Of a DNA stretch of 64,000 nt, positions 48,274-57,805 are shown one piece after another. The notes under the pieces were generated by a model. The model searched no databases. It was given only the letters and a program-made list of their open reading frames with translations, and was not told the DNA's origin. Both the position numbers and the translations under genes were made by a program. The DNA comes from a bacterium (lineage in GTDB: Bacteria; Patescibacteriota; Microgenomatia; UBA1400; PJMF01): assembly GCA_900299405.1 (NCBI GenBank), contig OMJP01000025.1, forward strand, positions 3,017-67,016, given 5' to 3'. How positions within the stretch are numbered: the first letter of the stretch is position 1; each line of letters starts with the position of its first letter.

Positions 48274-48346
48274 TAACTCAGAAGGTTTTCTCTCACCGGG
48301 AAGTACGTTCTGAGACAAAAAACCCCGCCACTAGGCGGGTTTTTTT
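48274..48346 (+). ncRNA. Putative small RNA (hairpin plus terminator)
   Basis: CTCAGAA/TTCTGAG stem between the promoter and a terminator, no ORF. Confidence 0.4.
48317..48346. terminator. Bidirectional intrinsic terminator
   Basis: A6-CCCCGCC-ACTA-GGCGGG-T7. Confidence 0.85.
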
Positions 48347-48362
48347 GTAGCTCTTGGCTAGA

Positions 48363-50003
48363 TTACCGCCACCCCATCTGTTCACCGATAGGAATTTCGT
48401 GCTCAAAATAGCCATTGAAAGAAGCAAAGCCCTTATCCATCCAGGTTTCGACAATCAAAATACCCACTCGAGTTCTTCTGACTCGAATGCGGTTTTCTTT
48501 GACCTTGTCATACCAGGGAGTAAATCTTTTCTCAGGAATCTCACGATCTGGTTCCAGAATTACATAAACCACCTCATGCTCTGGCAGTACCTGGGTATGA
48601 GGCACCTCCAGACTCAACTGCCTGGCTTTCCAGTGCATCACATAATCATACTGAGCTGTCTGGTAGTTCGGAGTAAAAGTAGCGACGCTACTGGGGAAAA
48701 CATAGCCCTTACCCTCGGTAAACTTCAAATCCTCCTGCCACCAATGAAGCACTGTGTAAGTAGCCTGCTCGATGGTCTGCAAACCAGCCTGGTTATCGAC
48801 CTCAACGATCGTGGAGTGATATTCCAGCCAAGAGGTATAAAACAGCGTAATTACCAGGATTAACTGAATAAACCACACCCGCTGTTTGGTGAACCATTTA
48901 TGGGTAGTTTTCAGAAACTCCGGCAGCTGCTTGATCCCCAAGACCAGCAAAGGCACCAAGAAAATAAAATGAGGAGCGAGATAATAACCAAAAAAGTGAC
49001 CATGATTTCCTCGCCACAACAAGAAACCCAAATAAGGAGCGACCGCAAATAAAGTCATTAACTGCCAGCGAAAGCTAGCGGTTTTGTCTTTGAGGAAATC
49101 TTTGTTTTTCCAGATATATTTGGCCGCCACCCCGATAGCGATCATCAGCACCAGACCAATCACGATCGTGGCTTTACTACTACCCAAAAACAAACTATTG
49201 GTGCTCCAAAAAAGCTGGGGAATTCTGTTCGATAAGAAATGAGTCCAGGTTTCTTTGGTGTCAGCAGTAGTGGTCAATCCTTGGAAAAGAAACTTTGACA
49301 TCAAAAACTGATTCCGAAGCTCAAAGGCCAACTGGGGAAGCAAAGTAATAAACACTCCCAAGCCACCCACTAAATAATCCCAGAAATTGAACCGCCCTCT
49401 GATCCAAGCGATTGCTAGATAGATCACCGGCACGATAAAAATCGCATAAGCAAACTCCGCCTGCAGGACTAAGCCCAGGAGGAAAAAGCCAACCAGCAAC
49501 CACCAGCGGGACTTACGAGCGTAATAAAGAGCCAGCAGCGCAGCCGTAATGATCGGAAATGCCAGCATCGGACTCAAGACAAACACACTGCCCCAAACAC
49601 TGCCGGGAATAAAAGCCAGCAGTAAGAAAGTCAGCCAGCGCCAACGGTTGTCTTTTTCATCAGGAAATAGCAATTTGCTCAGCCAATAAAATAGGGGAAT
49701 AGCCAGCGTAGCAGTAAAAATATACCAAGCAATCAAGCCATAGGGATTGCCGCCAAAAAGCAGGTTTCCTGGCACGCCAGCATAAAACCACAACGGGCCA
49801 ATAAAAAACCCCTGTAAGCCGCTGGTGGGGCCAATTAATGTGAGGTCACCCTCTACGATTTTCTGAATCTCCTGAGCGTCGCGGCCGTTGTCGTAAGTAA
49901 AATAAGAAACTTCCTGGAAATTATAAAAGCGAATCAAAATGGCAAAAAGGATGATGAGAATGGGCCAGCGGTGAGTGGAAATGAAGTTGATGATGCGCTG
50001 CAT
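48363..50003 (-). CDS. GT-C fold membrane glycosyltransferase (ArnT/PMT-like)
   Basis: Multi-TM, FTYDNGRD..LIGP..GPLWFY first-loop motif. Confidence 0.8.
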   Translation of the reverse strand: MQRIINFISTHRWPILIILFAILIRFYNFQEVSYFTYDNGRDAQEIQKIVEGDLTLIGPTSGLQGFFIGPLWFYAGVPGNLLFGGNPYGLIAWYIFTATLAIPLFYWLSKLLFPDEKDNRWRWLTFLLLAFIPGSVWGSVFVLSPMLAFPIITAALLALYYARKSRWWLLVGFFLLGLVLQAEFAYAIFIVPVIYLAIAWIRGRFNFWDYLVGGLGVFITLLPQLAFELRNQFLMSKFLFQGLTTTADTKETWTHFLSNRIPQLFWSTNSLFLGSSKATIVIGLVLMIAIGVAAKYIWKNKDFLKDKTASFRWQLMTLFAVAPYLGFLLWRGNHGHFFGYYLAPHFIFLVPLLVLGIKQLPEFLKTTHKWFTKQRVWFIQLILVITLFYTSWLEYHSTIVEVDNQAGLQTIEQATYTVLHWWQEDLKFTEGKGYVFPSSVATFTPNYQTAQYDYVMHWKARQLSLEVPHTQVLPEHEVVYVILEPDREIPEKRFTPWYDKVKENRIRVRRTRVGILIVETWMDKGFASFNGYFEHEIPIGEQMGWR

Positions 50004-50026
50004 AAAACAAAGTATAACCTAATTTG

Positions 50027-50108
50027 TGCCCAGGAGAGGGGTCGAACCTCCAAGGATTGCTCCACACGGTCCTAAGCCGTGCGCGTCTACCAGTTCCGCC
50101 ACCTGGGC
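50027..50108 (-). tRNA. tRNA-Leu(TAG)
   Basis: GCCCAGG acceptor, CACGG-CTTAGGA-CCGTG, long variable arm. Confidence 0.95.
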
Positions 50109-50155
50109 AAGGCAGTTAATTATACCGCCTTCTTTATGATAGAGTAGGTGAGGTT

Positions 50156-50560
50156 ATGCAAAGCGAAAATAGTAGTTTTTCTCAAGTATTTACCAAAGTG
50201 GGCTATTGGCTCAATGAAGTAGTGTTTTGGGGTTTGGTTGTACAAGCTCTCTGGGCCACTTATCAATCGATCAAAATCATTTTCATCAATCTCCCCACCG
50301 GCGAAGCTCAGCTAGCTGCAGGAACCGCGGGACAGGCAGAGCTAAACCTACTGGTCAACGACGCCATTTTGTCAGTCATTTCCAGCATCATCAGTATTTT
50401 GGTCGCCACTTGGTTCGGCAGGAGACGAAGCCAGGGAAACCAAATGTGGGAAACTGCTCTGGGGGTTGTGGCGGTGCTGTTCAATCTTTGGCTCAACCAA
50501 TATCTGCAAAACCAGAGCTCTGCTCAGCTGATCGAACCGCTGATCGAAACCATTCTCTAA
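50156..50560 (+). CDS. Hypothetical membrane protein
   Basis: Three TM segments, SD-like AGGTGAGG. Confidence 0.7.
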   Translation: MQSENSSFSQVFTKVGYWLNEVVFWGLVVQALWATYQSIKIIFINLPTGEAQLAAGTAGQAELNLLVNDAILSVISSIISILVATWFGRRRSQGNQMWETALGVVAVLFNLWLNQYLQNQSSAQLIEPLIETIL

Positions 50561-50561
50561 T

Positions 50562-51221
50562 ATGGACTACCAACTGCGTACTCATCCGCGAGCCAAAAAA
50601 ATCACGCTGCGTTTGGATAAAAATGGCCAACCAATCGTCACCGTTCCACACTTCACCCCCAAAATTCTAGTCAATAAATTCGTCGCCAAAAACCAAGGCT
50701 GGATCGATAAACACCGACAGCAACTGACAGCAGGTAAAGACAAGTTTAATTCCGATAAACAATTGATGATCTTTGGCAGAAGCTATCAAAAAGAAATTAC
50801 TATCGACAGCAACCAGCCTTCAAAAGTCTTGATTGGTAAAAATAAAGTGCTGATCAATTTACACAGCGACAATACCGACCAAAACCAAGTGGTTGAAAAG
50901 TTTCTCAAAAATACTGCCATTCATTATCTGACTACCAAAACCAACCAACTGGCGAAAAAAATGAAGGTCAAATTCAGCAAGCTTTCCTTCCGAGCTCAAA
51001 CCACCAGGTGGGGCAGCTGCAGCAGCAAAGGAGCCCTAAGTTTCAACTGGAAGTTGGTTCATTTTCCTCCAGAGGTAATCGACTATGTCATTATTCATGA
51101 GCTGGCACACCTAGAACACCTCAATCATTCGGCAGATTTTTGGCAGCTGGTGGCCAAGTTCTGTCCAGAGCACAAGCTTCACCAAGGTTGGCTGAAAAGA
51201 CAGGGAATCGGCGTTCACTGA
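50562..51221 (+). CDS. YgjP/DUF45 SprT-like metallohydrolase
   Basis: RWGSCS, DYVIIHELAHL..NHS..FW. Confidence 0.9.
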   Translation: MDYQLRTHPRAKKITLRLDKNGQPIVTVPHFTPKILVNKFVAKNQGWIDKHRQQLTAGKDKFNSDKQLMIFGRSYQKEITIDSNQPSKVLIGKNKVLINLHSDNTDQNQVVEKFLKNTAIHYLTTKTNQLAKKMKVKFSKLSFRAQTTRWGSCSSKGALSFNWKLVHFPPEVIDYVIIHELAHLEHLNHSADFWQLVAKFCPEHKLHQGWLKRQGIGVH

Positions 51222-51248
51222 AATGACTACTAATGATATTATCTGCTC

Positions 51249-51926
51249 ATGATCATTCTGCATGGCGAAAACTTAGTGAAGTCCCGCAACAAATTGGTCA
51301 AAATCATCGAAGAGGCTAAGCAAGCTGGTAAAGAGGTCGAAAGACTATCAGCCAAACAACTAGATCCAGCGGGCCTAGAAACTGCGCTGCAGAAAACCTC
51401 CTTATTTGGCACTGAGCAGCTAGTGGTCATCGAAGAACTACATTCCCTGCCGCGCTCCAAAAAGAAAAACCAACTGATAGAAATCGTCCAGGACGCCAAC
51501 GTCGAAGTATTGCTGTGGGAAAAACGCGATTTGACCAAAACCATGCTCAAACAGTTCCCCAAAGCTGAGGTCGAGCATTTCAAAATCACCAACAGTCTTT
51601 TCAACTGGCTCGATAGTTTTAGCCCTCGAACCGACACCAAAAAACAGCTCCAGCTGCTGCAAGACGCTCAGCAAACCAATGGCGAACAGATGTGTTTTGT
51701 GATGCTCGCTAGGCAGGTGCGGCTAATGATTCAGATCAGTGACGGCGGCAGACCAGCCGGACCGCCATTCGTGATCAGCAAGCTTCAAAAACAAGCTCAG
51801 GACTTCACTATGGAGCAGCTGCTCAAAATCCACGAAAAACTTTTCCAGCTGGACATAGCCAGCAAAACTTCCCAAAATCTCATGACGCTCGGTCAGGAGC
51901 TTGATCTTTTAATCATAAATTTGTAG
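51249..51926 (+). CDS. holA: DNA polymerase III delta subunit-like
   Basis: MIILHGEN, SLFG..LVVIE, C-terminal LFQLDIASK collar. Confidence 0.65.
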   Translation: MIILHGENLVKSRNKLVKIIEEAKQAGKEVERLSAKQLDPAGLETALQKTSLFGTEQLVVIEELHSLPRSKKKNQLIEIVQDANVEVLLWEKRDLTKTMLKQFPKAEVEHFKITNSLFNWLDSFSPRTDTKKQLQLLQDAQQTNGEQMCFVMLARQVRLMIQISDGGRPAGPPFVISKLQKQAQDFTMEQLLKIHEKLFQLDIASKTSQNLMTLGQELDLLIINL

Positions 51927-51958
51927 AGTTAATAAGCACTTTAAAGAAAGGTAAATCT

Positions 51959-53317
51959 ATGCCAGTCAAAGTTGATCCCGGAATTTTCAAAGCCTACGAC
52001 ATTCGTGGGGTGTATGGTGAAACCCTCAATGAAGAAATTGCCCAAGCAGTCGGCAAGGCTTTCCCCAAAGTAGTTGAAACAAAAGAAATCATCGTCGGCC
52101 AAGACGGTCGGGTATCCAGTCCTTCTCTAACCAAAGCTCTAATCGAAGGCCTTACTTCTGTGGGAGTAAATGTGATTGATGTAGGCCGAGTTTCGACCGA
52201 CATGTACTACTATGCCTGTGCCACCAAAGAGCTTCCCGGCATCATGGTCACTGCCAGCCATAATCCTAAAGAATATAACGGTTTCAAGATGGTAAAGAAA
52301 ATTCCTCAGTTACTTTCTGGTGACGAAGGAATTCAGGACATTCGCCAAGCAATCGAAAATGACGACTACCCAGCTGCCAGTGAAACTCCAGGAACGGTAG
52401 AAAAATGGGAGATTATGGATGGCTTTATCGAGAAAATTGCCTCACTAGTCGATCTATCACAACTCAAACCCATGAAAGTGATTGCTGATACCGCCAACGG
52501 CATGGTTGGCCCCTCACTGGTCGAGCTTTTCAAAAAAATCCCCCAGGTAGAACTCACACCAATGTATTTCGAGGTCGACGGCACTTTTCCCAACCACGGT
52601 GGTGATCCACTGCAAGAAGAAAACCGTCGCGAACTGATGGAGCGGGTGGCCAACGAGGGCTATGATTTGGGTTTTGCTTTTGACCCTGATGGCGATCGCT
52701 TCTTTTGTATCGACAATCGAGGCAAGTTCGTTTCAGGAGATTTTATGACCGCTATTCTTGCCTCTTACTTTTTAGACCGCTTTCCTGGATCGACCATCAT
52801 TTACGACATTCGCGCCTCACTAGCAGTAAAAGATACTGTCGAAGCCAAGGGCGGTAAACCATCCTACAACCGCGTGGGTCACTCATACATCAAAAAATCA
52901 ATGCAGGACCAAGACGCCATTTTTGCCGGAGAAGTCACTGGCCACTATTATTTTGCAGATTTCTATGGCTGTGATTCTGGTTTGGCCCCCATGGTTTACT
53001 TGATGGACTTGTTGTCCAAAGAGGGCAAGTCTTTGGCCGAGATTCTCGATCAGTACGAGAGTAAATATCATATTTCAGGAGAGATCAACAGCAAGGTCGC
53101 AGATGTGCAGGCCACTATCGCGGCCATCAAAGAAAAATACGCACCAGACGCCAATGAGGTCATCGAAATCGACGGCATCACTTGCGAGATGGGCGACTGG
53201 CGTTTCAATGTTCGCGGCTCAAACACGGAGCCTTTGATTCGCCTCAATCTCGAAGCCAATTCTCCACAGCTAATGGCCGAAAAAAGAGATGAAGTATTAG
53301 CAATGATTCGCTCATAA
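51959..53317 (+). CDS. Phosphomannomutase/phosphoglucomutase
   Basis: FKAYDIRG, TASHNP, FDPDGDR, GEVTGH, RGSNTEP. Confidence 0.95.
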   Translation: MPVKVDPGIFKAYDIRGVYGETLNEEIAQAVGKAFPKVVETKEIIVGQDGRVSSPSLTKALIEGLTSVGVNVIDVGRVSTDMYYYACATKELPGIMVTASHNPKEYNGFKMVKKIPQLLSGDEGIQDIRQAIENDDYPAASETPGTVEKWEIMDGFIEKIASLVDLSQLKPMKVIADTANGMVGPSLVELFKKIPQVELTPMYFEVDGTFPNHGGDPLQEENRRELMERVANEGYDLGFAFDPDGDRFFCIDNRGKFVSGDFMTAILASYFLDRFPGSTIIYDIRASLAVKDTVEAKGGKPSYNRVGHSYIKKSMQDQDAIFAGEVTGHYYFADFYGCDSGLAPMVYLMDLLSKEGKSLAEILDQYESKYHISGEINSKVADVQATIAAIKEKYAPDANEVIEIDGITCEMGDWRFNVRGSNTEPLIRLNLEANSPQLMAEKRDEVLAMIRS

Positions 53318-53325
53318 GGATTTTT

Positions 53326-54414
53326 ATGACTCAATCAAACACCAATATTCTGGATTCACGAGAAGAGATCGCTAAGCTGGACGAATCTAATGTGCTCGGT
53401 TCGATCGAAGCGCTGGCGGATCAAGTGCGGCATGCCTGGGAAACTACTCAGGCTCTGGAGTTCGAGCTCGATGATGACATCGACAACGTGGTGATCGCAG
53501 GCATGGGCGGTTCAGCCTTGGGACCAGATGTTTTCAAACATTTATTCGTCGATCGGCTGGAAGTACCTTTCGAGATTTACAACGGCTATGATTTGCCCGC
53601 CTATGTGGACGATGAAACTTTGGTAGTACTCTCCAGCTACTCAGGCACCACGGAGGAGGTTTTGAGCTGTGCTACCCAGGCCAAAGAAGCTGGCGCACAG
53701 GTAATGGTGATTGCTGCTGGCGGTAAACTGGCAGAAATTGCCGAGCAGGAAAACTATCCTATCTACCGCATTGATCCTGTCCACAATCCCTCTAACCAGC
53801 CAAGAATGGCAATCGGCTACGCTATCGCTGGACTGATTGGTCTGCTGGTCAAAGCCGGACTGGTCACTATCAGCCAGACAGAAATCGAAGAAGTCATCAA
53901 TACCATCATCGCTACTAGCGAAAAACTTTCGCCAGAAACTTCACAGGAAGAAAACAAGGCAAAACTTTTGGCCTTCAGCACCATTGAGCGGCGGCCAATC
54001 TTGGTAGCTAGTGAGTTTTTGGTTGGTGCGGTACACACTGCCACCAACCAGTTCAACGAAAACGCAAAGATTTTTGCTGATTACAAAGTAGTTCCCGAAC
54101 TCAATCATCACCTGATGGAAGGCCTGCAATTTCCCAAAAGCAACGACGGATCTCATTTCTTTATCTTCTTCCGTTCAAATCTTTACCAGCCCAGAAATCA
54201 AAAGCGGATCAAGCTCACCCAGGAAGTAGTAGAGAAAAACGACATCGAAACCATGTATATCGAGTTACGCTCACCCAGTAAGCTCACTCAAGCTTTCGAG
54301 GTAATTGCCTTGATGGCCTACACCAATTTCTATGTAGCCATGCTGGAGGGCATCAACCCAGCACCAATTCCTTTTGTGGATTGGTTTAAAGATGAACTAG
54401 GAAAAGAAAAGTAA
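53326..54414 (+). CDS. Bifunctional phosphoglucose/phosphomannose isomerase (SIS)
   Basis: GMGGSA, SSYSGTTEE, QPRMA, QFNENAK, PELNHH. Confidence 0.9.
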   Translation: MTQSNTNILDSREEIAKLDESNVLGSIEALADQVRHAWETTQALEFELDDDIDNVVIAGMGGSALGPDVFKHLFVDRLEVPFEIYNGYDLPAYVDDETLVVLSSYSGTTEEVLSCATQAKEAGAQVMVIAAGGKLAEIAEQENYPIYRIDPVHNPSNQPRMAIGYAIAGLIGLLVKAGLVTISQTEIEEVINTIIATSEKLSPETSQEENKAKLLAFSTIERRPILVASEFLVGAVHTATNQFNENAKIFADYKVVPELNHHLMEGLQFPKSNDGSHFFIFFRSNLYQPRNQKRIKLTQEVVEKNDIETMYIELRSPSKLTQAFEVIALMAYTNFYVAMLEGINPAPIPFVDWFKDELGKEK

Positions 54415-54433
54415 AAACCGCTATAGTGTAACT

Positions 54434-56398
54434 ATGCCTGCCATCAAAAGCCTGCGCGCTAAAGAAATTCTCGACGCTCAAGGCAACCCTGCTCTGCATT
54501 TAGCTTTGTGGGTTGATTCCGGAGAAGTAGTCGAGACCAGCATCCCCAACGGCATTCGTCACTATCCTACTCAAGCCAACAATCTTTATGATCAGGACCC
54601 GCACCACATGGGTGGCAAAGGGGTACAAAAAGCAGTTTTGCTGATCAATCAGACCCTGGCACCGCAAATCGTCGGCCAAGATCCTACTCAACAAGAACAA
54701 ATAGACCAGTTGTTGCTAAAACTGGACGGCACCAATAATAAGGCTCAAGTCGGTGCCAACTCGATGACCGCAATCTCCCAAGCTGTCCTGAAAGCTGGAG
54801 CAGCGGTGTCTGGCCTGCAGCCTTACGACTACATTGCCCAAAAATACCAACTGACGGATCATTTCCAGATTCCTGTCTGTCTTTATGGCTTGGTAAATGG
54901 GGGACAGTATGGCGCTGGCAATCTGGATATCCAAGAGTTTTTAATCATTCCCGCCAGTCACAGCGATTTCCGAGTTTCTTTGGAGATCGAAAGTGCCATC
55001 AAAAACGAATTGCAAAAAGTACTGAAAGAAAAAGGTGCCAACTACGCCACTGGTGAACTGGGTGGGTTCGCGCCATTTTTACAAAAAAATACCGACGTTT
55101 TTGAGTTTATTGTCGAGGCTGCCCGAAAAACTCCTTACATTTTGGCCAGAGATTTCTTTTTCGGCATCGACGCTGGTGCCAGCCAGCTGCAGGATAAAGG
55201 TAAATATACTCTCAAGGACAAAAACAATGGCCTAACCAGTAGCGAACTACGCGAGTACTACAAGGATCTGCAAAAAAACTACAGCCTGACTTATTTTGAA
55301 GATCCCTTCATCGCCAAAGACGCTCAGGAGTGGCAACAACTGACCGCCGAACTGGGACAGGCAGCCAGGATTGCTAGTGATATTCCTACCGCCAGCAACC
55401 CACAGTTGGTTCAGCAAGCAGTCGCTCAGCAAACCGCCAATACCCTGGTAGTAAAGCCCAGCCAGATCGGCACTTTGACAGAAACGTTTTCAGCAGTCAG
55501 AATAGCTAGAGAAGCTGGATGGAATATCGTCGTTTCCCAACGCACCGGAGAAACCAATGACGATTTCCTGGCAGATTTCGCGGTCGGTATTGGTGCCGAG
55601 TTTATCAAACTAGGACCAGTCAGCCGAGGTGAGTCAGTCGCCAAATACAATCGTTTGGCAGATATCTATCTGGCATTAGAAAATAATAATCAGGAAGGAA
55701 CAGCAATGTCCGAACCAACCCAAACCAATATCCCTCAGCCCACTGATGCTCCCGCAGCTGACGCTGCCCCAGATCAGAACCAAGCTCAGAATCAAAATCA
55801 AGGTCAAGCTTCAGCAGCCCAGCCTCAAGCACCTGTAGATGATGCTTTGAAGCCGCCGGCATCCTCAGGGCAACCAGCCCAACCAAGCCAACCGGCCCAG
55901 CCAGCAACTAACCAACAGCCAACTGGCGGACAAACTCCTGCTCCCACCAGCCAGCCCTCGATCAATGATGAAGTCAGCTTGGCAGGAACTGCAGGCAACA
56001 ATCCCACAACCAATCCGGAACCAGACATTAATCCCTCTGGGAATCCAGCCGTAAATCCTGCGGCGGGTTCGCAACCTGTTGTCAATCAACCGGCTGCAAA
56101 TCAACCAGCTCAAGCAGGTGAGGCCCAGATGCCTTCTCCAACCGAAGCGCCCATCAACACTCCACCAGCAGCAGCGCCTATGGCGCCAGTTCAAGGAGGG
56201 GAGACACAAAACAATCCGGCACAACCCTCAGCAGATGAAGAACAAGCCTCAGCCGCTGACACTCAAAAAGCAATTGATAGCACTTTGGAGGAAATTGGTG
56301 CGCAACCAAACGCTGGAGCTGCCGCTAGCACTCCTCAGCCAATGGCAACAGAGCAGTCAGCTGCCGATTCCAGTCAGCCCGCCGTTGAAAACAACTAA
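54434..56398 (+). CDS. eno: Divergent enolase homologue with ~230-aa P/Q/A-rich disordered C-terminal tail
   Basis: EILDAQGNP, LDIQEF, FEDPF, LVVKPSQIGTLTE, AKYNRL; several active-site motifs altered. Confidence 0.8.
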   Translation: MPAIKSLRAKEILDAQGNPALHLALWVDSGEVVETSIPNGIRHYPTQANNLYDQDPHHMGGKGVQKAVLLINQTLAPQIVGQDPTQQEQIDQLLLKLDGTNNKAQVGANSMTAISQAVLKAGAAVSGLQPYDYIAQKYQLTDHFQIPVCLYGLVNGGQYGAGNLDIQEFLIIPASHSDFRVSLEIESAIKNELQKVLKEKGANYATGELGGFAPFLQKNTDVFEFIVEAARKTPYILARDFFFGIDAGASQLQDKGKYTLKDKNNGLTSSELREYYKDLQKNYSLTYFEDPFIAKDAQEWQQLTAELGQAARIASDIPTASNPQLVQQAVAQQTANTLVVKPSQIGTLTETFSAVRIAREAGWNIVVSQRTGETNDDFLADFAVGIGAEFIKLGPVSRGESVAKYNRLADIYLALENNNQEGTAMSEPTQTNIPQPTDAPAADAAPDQNQAQNQNQGQASAAQPQAPVDDALKPPASSGQPAQPSQPAQPATNQQPTGGQTPAPTSQPSINDEVSLAGTAGNNPTTNPEPDINPSGNPAVNPAAGSQPVVNQPAANQPAQAGEAQMPSPTEAPINTPPAAAPMAPVQGGETQNNPAQPSADEEQASAADTQKAIDSTLEEIGAQPNAGAAASTPQPMATEQSAADSSQPAVENN

Positions 56399-56485
56399 AA
56401 TTGTTCAGCCGCAGTTAACCCGAACTCAAGCTAAGGTAAATTTAGTGTTTTTGATATCTTTTGGTATATAAAGATATTGTTGCTC

Positions 56486-56545
56486 TTCGGGCTTTCCTTG
56501 CATATACTCTGGGTAATATTTGGGATTTATTTGGTTATTTTTTGA
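56486..56545 (+). promoter_or_regulatory. Array of TTYGG-like pentamers at 11-bp period upstream of lexA (candidate autoregulatory operator)
   Basis: TTCGG-N6-CTTGC-N6-TCTGG-N6-TTTGG-N6-TTTGG-N6-TTTGA. Confidence 0.5.
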
Positions 56546-56587
56546 ACCAAATTAACAAAAGAGTAATAAATTTAGCAAAGGAAACTC

Positions 56588-57208
56588 ATGGCAGTCACCC
56601 TCTACAAACGTCAACGCCAGATCGTTGATTACATCGCTCAGTATATTCAAAAAAATGGATTTTCCCCAACCTTGAAGGAAATTGCTAAGGCCATCGGAGT
56701 TTCTTCCTTAGCTACTGTTCACGAACATCTCCAGGCTTTGGAAAGAAAAAATGTCATCAAGCGCCACGAAGGAACAGTGCGTGGGATCGAAATGGTTGAT
56801 CGCACCTTCCTTAGAGTAACTGACAGTATTGATCTACCCATCTTGGGCTTTATCGCTGCCGGCTCACCAATCGAGCCTTACACCGATGACGAAGCTACTT
56901 TCAAAGTTTCTCCAGAAATGGTCAGTGCCAAAAAACGTTCCTACATCTTGCAGGTCAAAGGTCAATCAATGATCGAAGACCACATCGATGATGGCGACTA
57001 CGTGGTGATCGAAGAAACCCAGGACGTGAACAACGGCGATATTGTGGTGGCCTTGCTAGACAACGGCTTGGCAACCCTAAAACGCTTCTACAAAGAAGTC
57101 ACTCGTGTCAGACTGGAGCCAGCCAACTCTACTATGAGTCCGATATATGCTACCAATGTCCAGATTCAGGGCAGGGTAGTGGGCTTGATTCGCAAGTTCC
57201 GCTATTAG
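56588..57208 (+). CDS. lexA: LexA repressor
   Basis: wHTH SPTLKEIA, IAAGSPI cleavage site, VKGQSMI Ser, ATLKRF Lys. Confidence 0.96.
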   Translation: MAVTLYKRQRQIVDYIAQYIQKNGFSPTLKEIAKAIGVSSLATVHEHLQALERKNVIKRHEGTVRGIEMVDRTFLRVTDSIDLPILGFIAAGSPIEPYTDDEATFKVSPEMVSAKKRSYILQVKGQSMIEDHIDDGDYVVIEETQDVNNGDIVVALLDNGLATLKRFYKEVTRVRLEPANSTMSPIYATNVQIQGRVVGLIRKFRY

Positions 57209-57756
57209 GCACTTTGAAAATATTGTTCTTTGTTACCGACGGTTTGATTCACAAAACAGCGCAGTACGTACAGATAGTCTGACAGTCTGTTAATCAATTT
57301 CATGTTTTGTACAGAAATTGTTCGTTTTTCTTTTAAAGACACCATTCTTCGCTCCAATCTGCGACACACTGATCTGGTAATATCCAGTTGCGCAGCGATT
57401 TCGTGACCTCCGGGAAGCACAAATTGGTGGTGCCAGTTTTTAGCCATTTGCTGCTGTAGTTCTGTTGATTTTTTTTCCAAGTTGCTAAGCAATTTTTTAT
57501 CGACCTCAACTTTTGCCCCGACGATGTTGCCACCCAAATTGAATAATTCGTGCTGAATAGTTTCTAAAAACTTCACCTGCTTGCTGAGTTCTTTGTTATC
57601 CAATTTTTTCAACCAGCTGACTGTCAGACCCAAGTGTGAATTAAGCTCATCGATCATACCTACTACTTCAAAAACCAAATCGTCTTTGGGCAAACGAGTG
57701 CCGTCAGCCAAAGAAGTTTCACCTTTATCGCCGGTTTTGGTAGAGACATTGAGCAT
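57205..57756 (-). CDS. PduO-type ATP:cob(I)alamin adenosyltransferase
   Basis: STKTGDKGETSL, GMIDELNS, FVLPGG, RSVCRRLER, INRLSDYLY. Confidence 0.92.
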   Translation of the reverse strand: MLNVSTKTGDKGETSLADGTRLPKDDLVFEVVGMIDELNSHLGLTVSWLKKLDNKELSKQVKFLETIQHELFNLGGNIVGAKVEVDKKLLSNLEKKSTELQQQMAKNWHHQFVLPGGHEIAAQLDITRSVCRRLERRMVSLKEKRTISVQNMKLINRLSDYLYVLRCFVNQTVGNKEQYFQSA

Positions 57757-57805
57757 CGGATTAGTTCATTGTAACCCATCTCTTTTGCTGGTAGAATTTG
57801 ACCCC

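Noticed and set aside
55730-56390. CAGCC/CAACC-rich repeats as a DNA repeat array
   Set aside because: They reflect low-complexity P/Q/A coding in the enolase tail.
57581-57805. N-terminal extension of pyrG
   Set aside because: Overlaps the opposite-strand PduO gene; CTP synthase homology starts near 57850.
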